Below are positions 26,601 through 39,600 of a DNA stretch of 64,000 bases, in pieces; within the stretch, counting starts at the first letter, position 1; every line of letters starts with the position of its first letter. A program made the position numbers and the translations under genes. The stretch covers positions 124,001-188,000 of the forward strand of contig JBNJNM010000011.1 of NCBI GenBank assembly GCA_052426225.1. The letters run 5' to 3'. The stretch comes from Zancudomyces culisetae HAW-14-8 (Eukaryota > Fungi > Kickxellomycota). The notes under the pieces were generated by a model. It saw only the letters and a list, made by a program, of their open reading frames with translations. It searched no databases and had not been told where the DNA came from.

Positions 26601-29432
26601 AACCATTGTTGAGTATATCGCTTTTTCCATCCAACACTCACCCGTGTATCACGTTTGTACTTACCATTCCTTGTCATCAAATATTAAAGTTAAAACCCGA
26701 CCAATACTCTCGAAATCAGATACTCTTTTGTGTCTCCTGTAATAAGCATATAATGTAAGCAGCCTTGCAATAAACACATCGATACATCCAAACACATTTA
26801 TTCATTTCGTCACTATACATGCTAAACTTTTTGTTTACCTCTATACTTACCGCCATCACTACCCACCTGCCCACCTCCAATGTCACACCGCCACATCTCA
26901 TTTAATCCCCACACTCATTATTGTGTTTTTATTTGGTAACTAGTGTATGTAAATTCTACACATCTTTCTTCATATCTTTATACAAAACTCTACAACTCTA
27001 TTTTCAACACTATCGGTGCTTTTTTTCTAACAATACATAGTGAAACATCGTTTTTCATGTTACGAATCACCATCAGCTCATCCACTTGTGATTTATTCAA
27101 AAATTACATACTATCACCCTTGTACACCTTGCTAGTCTCCTTTTTTCTTGCTCATCCATTTTTTTTCACAAAATTGACTTGTTACACAAGACTACAGAAA
27201 GGATATTAATCTTTTTTTTTTCTATTGCCATTCACCATCTATCTTTTGTACAACACTGAAATGAGCATTTTTTTTAAAAAAAAGTTCTCATATTAGCACT
27301 AATAACAAACTATCAACAATTGTAAATTGACGCGCTAAAAAAAGACCAGTGGTTTGTTGAGATCCTTCACACATACATTCTCTCATTCTTCACTTTCCAC
27401 CTCTCCTACTTCTTACTATTGTGAAAAATAATTCATAAGTTATAAATGAAACAACTGGAAACTAGAGATAACACCACTTTTAATCTAACAAAACTAATAT
27501 TTATTTCTTTACAAACATGGAGCCTATAAAAGAGATGAAAAACTAATAGTACTGATAGTATTAGTATTCATATGCCACTAGATTAGGACAAGTACGTATT
27601 ATAGTAGACAAGTAACAACCAGACTCACCAGGATATTACAGTAGTACTTTTTACTTTGCTCTTTGAGCCTTTTCTCTACACTACATAACTCGGTTTATAT
27701 CGCATACTCGTTCAAATACTAGCATTATTAGAGCTATTATGTTTGGAGCTCGTATTGTAATTAAGAAATAAAATCAGGTCTGGTTATTGAACTATAAACA
27801 TAAATATATTGCACAAATAACAATACCACGCGTAACACACATGAATAACCACCTATTCCCAATGGCTCTCTTTTCTAACTTTCTTTTTCTTTTTGCATCT
27901 CTCTTTTTTTCCTCCAAAAATAATGGTCATAAATGTATATGAGAAAACGGAAAGCAAGAATAACGCGCACAATCATCATTTCTCCTCTCTTTGCTCTATT
28001 CTGAATAAAAATTCTATACTATTCCTTGTTAATCCATTTAAATATATCCCTTCCTACTTTTTTTTGGTATTGCGTATTCTATTATGGTATTACTCTACTT
28101 ATCTCAATCACAATTTTAATGAATATAGTTAAATTCCATATTATTCCACACAAACTGAACATATTTTTTCCAATACGTTGGGATGAAGGCCTAGCACCTT
28201 AGTTCATGTATGTAAGTGTTGATTTATTATTAAAACTATTTATATATGTGTGTACTGATCAGGAATTAATAGTACAGCAGAGTAAAAATAATGATAATGA
28301 TAAAAGGCCAAGAACTCTTACCCATCCATCACCTTCACATCTTTTGAATATTTATTTACGAGAAATCATGAGTATTGTGTGAGGTGTTTACTTTGAACCA
28401 CGTGATACACAACAAAACCATTTAAAAAACAAAAAAACAAAAAAGCGTGGCTACAGACCACAGCTCTCAAACGAAGGGAAAAATGGTTTGAAAAACACAT
28501 TTAGTGAGCTAGCAAAGAAATAAAAATAAGAGGGCCAAAAACAAAGAAGCACAGATAATAATATATCATGTGAGCTACAGATTTTTATGATATTGCTTTT
28601 TTTTCTTTGAAATTTTCTTTACGGTATAGAAAGCACGAGCAATGTTGACAAAAAAAAACGAGCATAACAATAAAATGACCAAATAAAATGCTATTACCAT
28701 ATTGTGGTAACGACACCACTCTTAATAAAAGCAGGTTAAAAGCTTCGCTTAGTGACTAAAGATGCAAAAATCAGGTTTAATTTACTTAGTCTAGCTTATT
28801 AAAACCAGCTTTTTTTAGTTTCTGTTATTCCAATTGTAGAAAATTTCTAAAAGCTGAATAGTAAACGAGCACATGCAATATTTTAGGTCTTAGCTAATAA
28901 TATTTTACAAATAAGCAATATTTACAGCAATAAAAGAAGAAAAACTACATTTATATGCATTAAGATTGTACAAACAGTTATAGAACATAAACAAACTTTT
29001 GCACTAAATTTTTCTGCTTGGCACAAGCTAGATTCTTTTCAATAATAAATTTATGCCTATATTAGTTTTAAAATTCTGTCGCTCGTATAGTCAATCTTTG
29101 GTTGCACTTAGAAATCAGGATAATCGAAACAGCAATAAGAAAAAAACATAGTAAAGAAAAAAGAGAGTGTGAAAAGGTATAATTCCGGGATATTTTTTGT
29201 AGACTAGTGGAACATTAGAATAAAGGGAAGAGAATTGAGAAAAAAACGGATAAACGCCTTACAGAATCATACAAACAAGGAGTAGCTGAGAGGAAAAATA
29301 AGGAAAAGTCATAGTTGATAGCTCTGTTAACGTATGCTTAATTATTATCCTTGGGAGAAGAAAAAAAGGAATTAATTATATATATAGATAGAAGTAGAGG
29401 GTGTAGGAATTTAAAACAAGGAATATAGTATA

Positions 29433-31827
29433 ATGGAGAGAGAATTTTGTTGTATAATTGATAAAGAACTGGAGGGACTACAGATTCGCGATGAAGAATA
29501 CAGGAAGAATCGGCTGACTGAGATTATTGGGGACATTAACGAAAGAATAAGCACTCATGAACCGTCTAATTACGACGATGTTTTCAATACGATAGTGGAA
29601 TTCAAAGCTATAGAGATCGTGAATGCAGAAACGGTAACTAAAGGTGGAGAGCGATATGTAGAGTTTTATATAAAATACGGTAAATTCGATGCGAAAAGGA
29701 GATACTCTGAGTTTGCATCACTTGAGCAAATCCTTAAACGGATATACCCGACTGTGATAGTACCAGTTATCCCAGAAAAGCATAGTATATGTAAGACAGC
29801 TAATCTGTTTAATATATTTTTGACTATTTACAAAGCCAGAACATATGGTACATATAACCTGAGGTGCTAATGCTTCTATTACAAAATGAAATAGTTGATT
29901 TGTCACATTTGCGTAAAAAGGAACTGGAAAAGACACGAGAAGTGCAGGTGCGAAAAAGGATGCTGGCGAGCTTTTTAAATAGAATATGCAGAAACCCGGT
30001 ACTGAGAAGAGAGCACATTTTTCACAGGTTTTTGGAGAACGGAGTAGCATGGACCGAGGTGCTGTATTCGCCAGCCGTTACGACTCTTCCGGAAAACAAA
30101 CTATATTCATCACCCTCACGTTCAGTACATGGTACACAACTGGATGAGGATATTGAAAAGTTACAACAGAAAGGGTATTATAAACGACCACAAATAGCAG
30201 CAGACAACGATTATGCAAAGGATATAGAGATTCCCAAATTCTACGGTTTTTTCGGTGATCAAGAGGATTACCAGTGGTCAGAATGTGAGATTTTTACAAA
30301 CAAGTTCAAAAAGGTGTGGAAAAACAAGATCGAGGTGGTTGGACACAAAATAAGCGAAAAGATGACAGGTAAACGCGTGATATCATTTCCATTTTGTTAA
30401 TCTATTTTCATTAATTCAAGTCTACCAGTATTTTAACTTGTGTGGTATTAATACAAACCTAAAAACAAAAATAGAGTTGAATAATAGCTATACACAGCTT
30501 GGAGCGTTATTAAACGGCTTCAGTTTGGATGAAGAGGACGAGTTAGCATCTAAAATTGAGCACACGGGACAGGCTATAGACCAAACATACATTGCATACA
30601 AAAGCTATATACGTAAGCATGAAGAATACATAAACGAACGAGCGCACGAGTATTCACAATTGGTAGACGAAACACACGATATTCTGGAATACCGCAAGAT
30701 AAAAAGCGTTCAGCTTAGTAATACAGCAAAGGCAATGAAAAAATACAAAAAGCAATTGGAATACCTTGTGGGAATGGATCAAAGTGCTAGTCTGCTAACA
30801 CGCGCATTGGACAACCAACAAAGTGACGGTATTCCAAACGACCACCTACTGGAGAATGGCGGCGGCAATGATAATGTGAGTGAGGACGGACAGCGAGCCT
30901 CGTCCGTATCCACATCCACATCCGCATCCGTATCCATACTCATATCCGAACCACCATCCTCATCACCGTCCTCATCACAACCACCATCTTTATTCACAAA
31001 CGATCGACGTCCATCACCAGACAAAGATTCACAAAATACATCATCCGACTCGTATGAAGCGATTGATTACGACGATCTAGATAGCGAAGACGAACCTCTG
31101 GCGCAATTTGAGCTAGAACAGTCAATGTTACCAGACGGCTCGATTCTACCTTCCACAATTCCTTCGCTTAAAATTAGACATAAACCATCATCCTCACCCC
31201 AAAAGCATTTTGAACCCACAAAGTCGATCGATTCCAAAAACGAAAATAAACATCCCAAAAACATCAATACTGCACTTATCAACCCCCAAACAAATACCTC
31301 ACGATCCATTTTGTCGCTACTCCATTTATACTCACCAACGTTTATTATTCCCGCCTCACTATCCATTGCAAACTCACTTATTTCCCAACTATCGTATAAG
31401 ATCTATACACTCGCTGATATTGACCCTATCTTACAGCGCCGGTTGAAGATTGCCAAGTTATCCGATTTGTTGGTTGTCACTAAGTCTCATACAGAAATGC
31501 TTCAGCATGACATGCGACTCATAAACGAAAGTGTCTCCAACACTTTGTACCAGTTCCAAGTCAACAAAATTGTTGATTTGAGGCTGTTTCTGCTAAGGTT
31601 TACATTGCTGTCCATCATTTGTAATAACAAGGTATGCTTTTTTTTCCTTTCTCTTTTTATTTTATCACACAACATTTGAGCTATTTCTTATTGCATCATC
31701 GTGTACATAACTATTATACTTTCAAGGCTACGTTATTACTAACACTCTTCACGCTTTTTTTTTTGTATCTGGATAGTGTTTAAAGTCTTGGAATAACACT
31801 TTAGATTTTCTTGAACAATTTCCATAG
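29433..31827 (+). CDS. PX-BAR sorting nexin, Snx41/Atg20-like; exons 29433-29790, 29895-30368, 30475-31631, 31777-31827
   Basis: PX domain (KRRYSEFASL...YPTVIVPVIPEK...RKRMLASFLNRI...FHRFL). BAR domain with a long low-complexity insert and DIDPILQRRLKI. Three GT-AG introns join the three ORFs in frame and add a final exon CLKSWNNTLDFLEQFP*. Confidence 0.88.
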
Positions 31828-32326
31828 CATATACTTTTTGCTTTTAACTTTTCATTATTTCCAGCATTTGATGATAGTCAAGGAAGGAGGAAATACAAAG
31901 AGAGAAACAAATAAAGATCAAGTACTGGTAATATACCCTCATCCTTCATCCCCCCTCCCTCCCTCCAACACACTCTGGTTTCTTTTTTTCTGTACATTCA
32001 ATAGAATCAAGTCATTTTCTATTTACTAAACATCATTTTACTCGAACTTTGAAAGAAATAATATCAGCTGGTAGGTAAAAAAAAAAGGCTCTAAAAAGTC
32101 AAAATTACAAAATGAAGTTGAAAGAGGGGGTGGTTAACTACAGGTAATAAAGCTACAAAACAGTATCAATAATATTACCAAAAAAAACATTAGAAAGGTA
32201 AATGTAAAAGTTACATCCCTTAGGTTCGCAATAATATCAACAAATTTATCAACATGGGTTAATGATCAAAAAGAAAAACCATTAACAACAAAATCATGCG
32301 GATCAGGTTTTTCTTCTCTTTTTCTT

Positions 32327-33079
32327 TTATATCAAAAATGTCAAAAATACAACTGTTGCTGCCAGTGCAACCATACTATTCGCATTATATGCTTCGACCA
32401 TAGACTCAGACGCATTGATGTCCCTTTTCTGCCCTTTCCCCTGTTGCACCTGTACTTGCCGCCGTTGAAGCTTTTGTCGTTTAATTTCTCGTTTTTTGTC
32501 GTCAGGACCATTTTTATTCGGTTTTGGTTGGTAGAGAATCACAGATTGAGAGTTCAGTGATGTTGTTGGAATAGTTACGCTTTGTTGTTGTTGTTGGCTA
32601 CTGTGAGCAGATACCAACAATCCCAGCTTATCACCCCTGCCCACTTTGGCCCTCTTACCCATACCTCCGTTTTTAAGTTTGGAGGCACAACCATTCTTAA
32701 TACCTTTACTCTTCGAACCATCTGTCCGTTTTTCTTGCTCCCTCGACATACCAGCTTTATTGAATGTTGAAGACACTGGCTCTTTATCAGATGGTTGGTA
32801 CCCGGAACTATAAAACGGGCTTAGCTGCTGCTCGAATTTTGCATTTTGTGCTTGGCTTTGCACATGGCTTGGACTTAATACTCGCGTTTGTGCCTGTTGC
32901 TTCCACTGCTGGTGTAAAATATGACCAGAAAAAAGCTCTTCTTCAATGTGTGAAGGGAGTCCTACTTTTTTTTTATCATCTAACTTTATCATAGACGGTA
33001 GAAAACATATAGTTACGCTACACAAATACAGTGCCAACAATACCCTGAAAATCACGCCCATATAACCCCGACGCATCAT
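32327..33079 (-). CDS. Hypothetical secreted, possibly GPI-anchored protein (250 aa)
   Basis: N-terminal hydrophobic segment (VIFRVLLALYLCSVTIC), Q/K/S-rich body with several KR/RR dibasic sites, and small residues (NANS) followed by a terminal hydrophobic tail (MVALAATVVFLTFLI). Confidence 0.65.
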   Translation of the reverse strand: MMRRGYMGVIFRVLLALYLCSVTICFLPSMIKLDDKKKVGLPSHIEEELFSGHILHQQWKQQAQTRVLSPSHVQSQAQNAKFEQQLSPFYSSGYQPSDKEPVSSTFNKAGMSREQEKRTDGSKSKGIKNGCASKLKNGGMGKRAKVGRGDKLGLLVSAHSSQQQQQSVTIPTTSLNSQSVILYQPKPNKNGPDDKKREIKRQKLQRRQVQVQQGKGQKRDINASESMVEAYNANSMVALAATVVFLTFLI

Positions 33080-36000
33080 ACCAATCTATATATATTTCTA
33101 TCGCCCTATTTACTCCCTTCCTGGTGCTCGTTACTGTCTTCGCTGTGAATATATTTGTATTTATACTGGCGTGCACCTTTCTACTTCGCCTCCGTCCTTT
33201 TAGCCGCACAAAAAAAAAGCTCGCTTTTGACACTCGAGTTTACCTCTTATCTAGTGGGGTTTTTTTCTTTTATAGTGAAAAAAGTCAAAGAACACTGAAA
33301 GGGTACACACAATTATCGTTTATGCATATACTTTTTCAACTCTTGTCCCAATAGCTGTATTATGTACTGGCCTTTTATTCCCCTTCAATAGCTCCCAGTA
33401 TTGTATGGTCTACTGATAGTTATATCTCGCCTTTTTATTGTAAAAAGAGTCTACTCTGGTTCATTTCAGAGGTTCTCTTTTTTTGTCTTAGACATTAACT
33501 TTGTATTATTATACCTTCTGGTTTGCTTTTTTCGTAACAGTGGACCTATATTCCGCTGTCTTGCTTTTTATGGTTTACTGGTTTCTCGTATTACTCCAAA
33601 TCAACTAAAGTCCGAATACTAATAGCTTATACCCCCTTTTTTTGCTTCAGCTATTTTTTGTGACTTTTGTCCCCGTTTTCCAGCTGCTATGTTCTCTTGG
33701 CTAACGAGATGGGACAAAGATAATAGAAGGGGTCTTTCTTAAATGATTGACGGGTGTTATAGGAAAAAATAAAAGACGAATTTAATCCCGGGTTTTTACG
33801 AAAAGTTTTTTAATTGGAAAAAAAATATCGGCTAGGCAAAGAAACGTGTACTAAGAGTAAATCCAAAAGTGAAATGATTTTTTTACCCGAAAAAAAATGA
33901 AAGTAATATAAGAGGCGTTTTCAAGTCTCTTGGTATATCACGGTATATTAATGCTCAATAGCAAACAAGAACAAGCTGAAAATACTAATAGTGCTGAAAA
34001 TTCCGGTAGGAAAAAAATTTTAAATCAACTTTTATTGCTAACCATTCGCCATTTATTCACCTTCTACTTCTTTCTATAATAATCTTCAATTCTGGGAAAA
34101 AAAGAAAACGTACTATTCTTGTACTTTATTTACAAAAGTTGAACAACGTTACGATTTTCGCCATGTTTTTTTTTGTTGATTATTGTACAAAATCAAGCTA
34201 GTAAAAAAATTTTTTGTTCAACACCCTTTGTTATGATTTCTAATTTACTCAAATTATCTAAGGACGATTTAAAATTTCGTGCTAAATTCATGTTTGATTT
34301 GGCAGGAAATTTTGAAAACTGTTTACATGTATTTGTTTTATTTTTTTTGGGACTAATTTTTGTTACCGTTTATTAAAATTATAATAGCATCTAGCAAATG
34401 GGTGGGTCAAAATAAATTCAAAAGGGCTAATCAAAATGGCTAATCAAATTGCAGGAGGCAAAATGCTTAAACCTCCGGATGACCTTCTAGGTAATTTATT
34501 TCTCTTGGGTACTGTTGTTTTGTTGGTGTATTTTCTCAATTCCAAACTTTGCTGAATTTTTTTCTCATTGGCTTTATAAGTTCTAAAGGGGTTGTTTGCT
34601 TTGATTGTTTTTTAATAACAAATACCCAACACGCAAGGTTTTATATGAATGGAACATTGGTCTATTGAGGCTTAGTGCATTTAAATGCAGCAAAAAGGTT
34701 TATATTGACATTTTACACCGTTTATTAAGGTAAAAACTGAGCATTGTTGGGGGTTGTACATCACACATTTATCAAAGTTTCCAAGTAAATGAGCGAATAA
34801 AAAAACACAAGCAATTAATAAACTAAACAGTAACCCGACTTGTGCTTCTTGTATTTCCACTTTAGGGAATTCCACTTTGAGTCTTCAAAAGCTACTGTTG
34901 GTATATCCCTTCAAGAATTCCGTACACTTATCGAAATATATCACAGGTGTAGCATCTGACTGCACACGCGAAACCAAAACTAACCTGCTTCTAGAATAGT
35001 TAGGCCAGTTTTTGGTGTGTTTAGGTAAACAAAAGCATTACTTGGATCTAGCTGCTTTTACCTTAACCTTTCTCTCTAGTTTATGAGCTGGCCTTTTTAT
35101 TTTTGAAATTTAAAAGGTTGACTATCCGAAACGCTGGTATCAATATGTTTGCAACCAAGTAGCTCGCTACTTGATAGAACCAAATATTTGCTTTATTCGA
35201 ATCTCGTTTTTCGCTTTTATACTCCCGCTTAATATTTTTTTACCAACCAGATGCGTTTGTTGATATCTGAATTGTATCAGCCATCATGCTTTTTCGCAGA
35301 CTTTGGTATATCACCCAATACCATTTATTTAAGTTCAAACGGATAAATGGATAATAGGTGTATAAAAAAAGGAAAAGTCAAACACCTATTTACTGTTGTC
35401 ACTGAACAGCATGCATTGTCAAAATGGTGGTGCTTTTTCTTTACTAAAGTGTTTAATTGTGTAAAAAATAATAAAAGAACTGGAGTATGAACAAAAGACT
35501 GCCATAATACATTCTAAATATACTGCTGCAAAAACTGCTAATGGTGTAATAGCCAGTGGAGTAATAAATCACCTTTAGCTAGAAGTACATTTTTCCACGT
35601 TGTGCTTTAAACAATATTTTCTTAGTATTCCCACACCCCTTCCCTCAACTGCAAAAGTTTTAGAGTCCCAAACCCTGGTACCTAGAAACGCACACCAGGT
35701 AATTTGTGGTAGCTGTATATGTTAACTCATACACAGTGCACTCTCTATTATTATGACTTACAATTGAGTTTAATTGTAAACCTAAAGTCCTATTCGACGT
35801 TGAGTGTTCTCACCTCTACCTTTTACGTCTTATCCTTTTTTTAATCTTGTATTCATTGCTGCTTTTCACAATTGGAAAAAAATGCTAGTCAATTAAAATA
35901 TTTCTAATTTGTTTTTGGTGTGGTTTGTTTGTGAGTGCTTTGTAGCTACTAAGTGCACGCACGTGTGGTATTTTCTTTACTCGCTTTTAATTTATTGACA

Positions 36001-36741
36001 TTACAATAAGAAAATTAAGCACAACTGATAATGAAACAGCCTGTAATAGAAAGATCAAGTAAGCCTAAATAGAAACCAAAAATGTATATGCTTGTTGACT
36101 CGTTATTATTTGCTGTTTACCACTCTTTCATTTTTTGGAAAATGGGTGATAAAATGAATTTTCAAAACAAATTGTTAAAAAAGGGGAGGTGTGGTCGAGG
36201 CTGCATACTACCAAAATTGCCAAGATGCAACGCTTGTGATTTTATTTCTGGTTTGTGATTCCGTGCATGTTTTAACATTTCAGGTATTCTTCTTGCCAAG
36301 CATAAATTTATTGGGGTTTGATAACCCAGGTCTAATTTCGAATCAATGATCACATGCTTCACATTTTTGCTTATTTCCAAAATCTTTATAATATTTTTGA
36401 GTACAAAAGGACCACATTTAATACCAGATTTTAAATCGATAAAGCAGGATTCTGGTTTCCAAGCCAAGTTATTTGTTTACAACCATAGCACGTAGTTTGT
36501 AATTATATTCATTCTGTTATACCCAGCATCATATTCACGAATATGAGTATAATTATGGTATCGGTGAGTAAAAATGTAGTATTTGCAGCCAAAAAACACA
36601 GACTAATGAAAAAAAAACGACAAGTAAGCCTAGGGTAGTGGGATCAAAATCTCTGTCATACTGTATTGAACAGTATTTATTGACTAGTTTGGGTAAAACA
36701 CTATTGAACCACCTTTGTACTCAAAATAAAAAATCAAGGCT

Positions 36742-36774
36742 TAAAACCTAAAACCTAAAACCTAAAACCTAAAA
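36742..36774. repeat. (TAAAACC)4+ heptamer tandem repeat in the CZIB 3' UTR
   Basis: taaaacc taaaacc taaaacc taaaacc taaaa, 10 nt downstream of the CZIB stop codon. Confidence 0.9.
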
Positions 36775-36784
36775 GCACACAATA

Positions 36785-37786
36785 CTACTTGAGCTTGACA
36801 AAGGATGACTCAAAATCCATAATACTGACCTCTACATCGGCCTATGTATATTAACACGCATGTTTATGTCGACTTTGTCTATAAATCATATAATATAAAC
36901 CTACATTTTCATCGTAGTCGGCCCAATCTCCCATGGAAAAATCTATTTCGTTAAACTTTGTTACGGAGTCGACACCACTTGCAATCCACTCGCCCTATAA
37001 CAATAGAATACAAAAAGGGGCGGATTCTTACAACCAAAAGCACTATAAGGCTTAACATCAATAGCCATTTAAATAAGCTAGGTGTTTTACCTTGGGTGAA
37101 AATTCGACGGGTTCAATACCCCTACAATCGAGTGTCAATATTTGTTGAAATTTCATGTTATTCTCGATTTTGTACTCTTTTGGACCGCTTATGATAGCTA
37201 TTTATTGAATCGAATAAAAGAGTTTAAAAAATGAGCTATAAGATTTGACACGTTACAAAGAATACCTATTAAGAATGTTATATACACATCAAACTTACAT
37301 GCAGAGCCCTCTCGTTTGCAAAATTTGCACTTTCCTACGTAATTAGAAGTTCCTCTACTTCCATGCATCGCTACTTCATCCTATATCCGGATCAATTATG
37401 AACGATTAACAAAGTGCACATTTATGCCCATATATAAATAGTAAAAGTCAATAAAATTTACAAATACGTAGTGGTAGCAGCTGGGGTTTAGAATTGTAGA
37501 TTACCTTTGCGCTAACTGTAACAAAGCTCTCTGTAACTTCTTGGCAGCTGGAGCATTTCATCTATTTCAAATTCGGATTGAATTTAGAAAACTTTGCCTA
37601 ACACCACTATTTTTGCAAAATACCTTAAAATTCCAGAGAAAATCTTCATCCTTAGGTTTCAGGTCCGTTACATTTGTCAACTCTGCCCGTATTTGCAATG
37701 CCAAGTTCTATGAGGGTGATACACACAGAAATTCTGTTCATAATACATGGTAAACGCACTTGAGTTAATACTGCACTTACCACCAT
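36785..37786 (-). CDS. CZIB: CXXC zinc-binding protein CZIB/UPF0587 (DUF866), 160 aa; exons 37786-37781, 37707-37624, 37561-37505, 37380-37299, 37197-37091, 36994-36905, 36841-36785
   Basis: Not in the ORF track. Six GT-AG introns give MVNLALQIRAELTNVTDLKPKDEDFLWNFKMKCSSCQE...GSRGTSNYVGKCKFCKRE...LDCRGIEPVEFSPKGEW...DWADYDEN...FVKLK*. Two CXXC motifs plus the CRG.EP and DW.DYDE family motifs. Exons sum to 483 nt. Confidence 0.93.
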
Positions 37787-38205
37787 TGTATAATTTCTCA
37801 GTATTCTGTTGATGTGCTTGGCCTTTTTGGAGCTTTATCTTCTTGATAGACTTCAATAAAATATAACAAGATGGAGGGGAAATGAAAACAGTAAATACTA
37901 ATTTGAAGGGTAGATGGAGATTGAATTTAGCTAGCTGGTTGTTATTTGCTGGCTTTGGAAATTTAATTTGTGGGCACTCTGGGCAATTTTTTCTGATCAA
38001 TTAAATTATCTAATGCTTAAATTTGACGTAAAATAAAAAAAAAATTTTTATGTGCGTAACAAAGGTTTATAGATATTTTATTTGTTAAATTGAAAATACT
38101 TGAAAGTACTTGAAAATATTAAAATAAACAATTTAAATAAGCTGTAAAATATATCATCTACTAAACAATATACATTAATTAGAACACGAAGAAACACTCG
38201 ATAAA
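37787..38205. promoter_or_regulatory. Probable bidirectional promoter between divergent CZIB and SmD3
   Basis: The two start codons are 419 bp apart, head to head, around an A/T-tract core at ~38030-38050. Function is inferred from geometry only. Confidence 0.5.
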
Positions 38206-38877
38206 ATGTCTATAGGAGCCACTATTAAATTATTACACGAATCAGTCGGGCATGTTGTAACAATAGAACTTAAAACCGGACAATTATACAGAGGCACGAT
38301 GGTAGATGGTACTGTTTATAAAATTTGGGATATACTAACTTTTACAATTCTTTTTTTTGTCGATGTGAGGGTTTTTATATATAGTAAGGAGCATTTCCTA
38401 ACAAAATTTGTTGCTGACAACTTCTTTTAGTCGAGGACAATATGAATGTTCAGCTGAGAGGAATAACTGTCACAGAAAGAGATGGAAGAACATCGTACCT
38501 AGAACAAGCGTATATTCGTGGATCTCATATTGTATTTTTTATTGTTCCCGACATGCTTAAAAACGCTCCGATGTTTAAAAAGATTGATCCTAAATTTGCT
38601 AAAATGCGAGGTATTGGAATGAATCGGGGCAGAGGTTTGACGAAACCCTCAGGTAATACTACATTTCTTAATATAATTATCATCTAAAAGCATTTTACCT
38701 TTTTTTTTGATACTTGTATGGTTCTAGTATTTTTAGTTTTTTTTTCTTCGAGATGAAAAAAGAAGAGGTAGAAGGGAAGATTTAAGCATTACTTATATTA
38801 TATGTATATATATATATATATATATTCGAATAGCACAAGCAAAAGCAGGACAAATGCATTCAAGAATGTCTCGGTAG
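38206..38877 (+). CDS. SMD3: Small nuclear ribonucleoprotein Sm D3; exons 38206-38308, 38431-38652, 38834-38877
   Basis: [30 protein letters not shown]...VEDNMNVQL...[22 protein letters not shown]. Introns GTACTG...TTTAG and GTAATA...AATAG. The last exon is less certain. Confidence 0.93.
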
Positions 38878-39600
38878 TGCGATAACGGTTGATCAAGAAT
38901 TAGATACACGTGTTCATGACTATTTGATTTTTGAGAGCCCTTGACCAAGGGTTAATGTATTTCAGAATGGTTACGCTTATTTTTTTTACATGGCTGATAT
39001 TGTAACTAGAAATAAGAAACACACTTTCAAGTCTAACATAATTGTTTTATTTATAAAATACATACTTGTTTTCTAAATTTCCTATCCTAACGAAGCTCTA
39101 TTTTTTTTCTTTTTCTGGTTATAAATAAAATAAAACAATGAAAGGGTATAATAGCTCAAGAATATGAAACAGATACAATATAGTAGATAAGAAACGATAA
39201 TAATAGTGATAATAATAATAGTAGAAACTAAGATAAACGGCAGTGATAGAAATTCATATCTCTTGAACCCACTATTTGCTTTTTTTTCTTACAAATAAAA
39301 GAGGGCCTATTCAGAAGTGGAGTTTCGAAATATAGTTTTTAAAAGGAAAAGAAGGGGAGGTGGAGGTGAAGATAGAGGTGGAGATAGAGAGGAGGAAAGA
39401 GAAAGTTTGTGTTGTTGATTTTAAAAGGAATTTCGTAAATAAATACAAATACACATAGATACTAAAGGCCAAGCTAACATCAGGGATGTCTTTTTTTTTG
39501 ATGATATTGAAACAAGTGAGAGTCAGAAAGTGTGGAGGAAGGAAGAGAAGGAAGGGCTGTAGGTAAAAGAATGAATTCACGTAATCGATAGTGCTGCTTC

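Noticed and set aside
26843-26852. ATACTTACC, resembling the U1 snRNA 5' end
   Set aside because: Followed by G rather than TG, with no U1 stem-loops or Sm site. Better read as a minus-strand splice-donor-like sequence.
36162-36467. 101-aa minus-strand ORF
   Set aside because: Non-ATG start, no recognisable motif and no convincing splice partners; cannot be supported.
37105-37125. GGGTTCAATACCC, resembling a tRNA T-arm
   Set aside because: No acceptor, D or anticodon arms; it is the antisense of CZIB exon 5 (RGIEPV).
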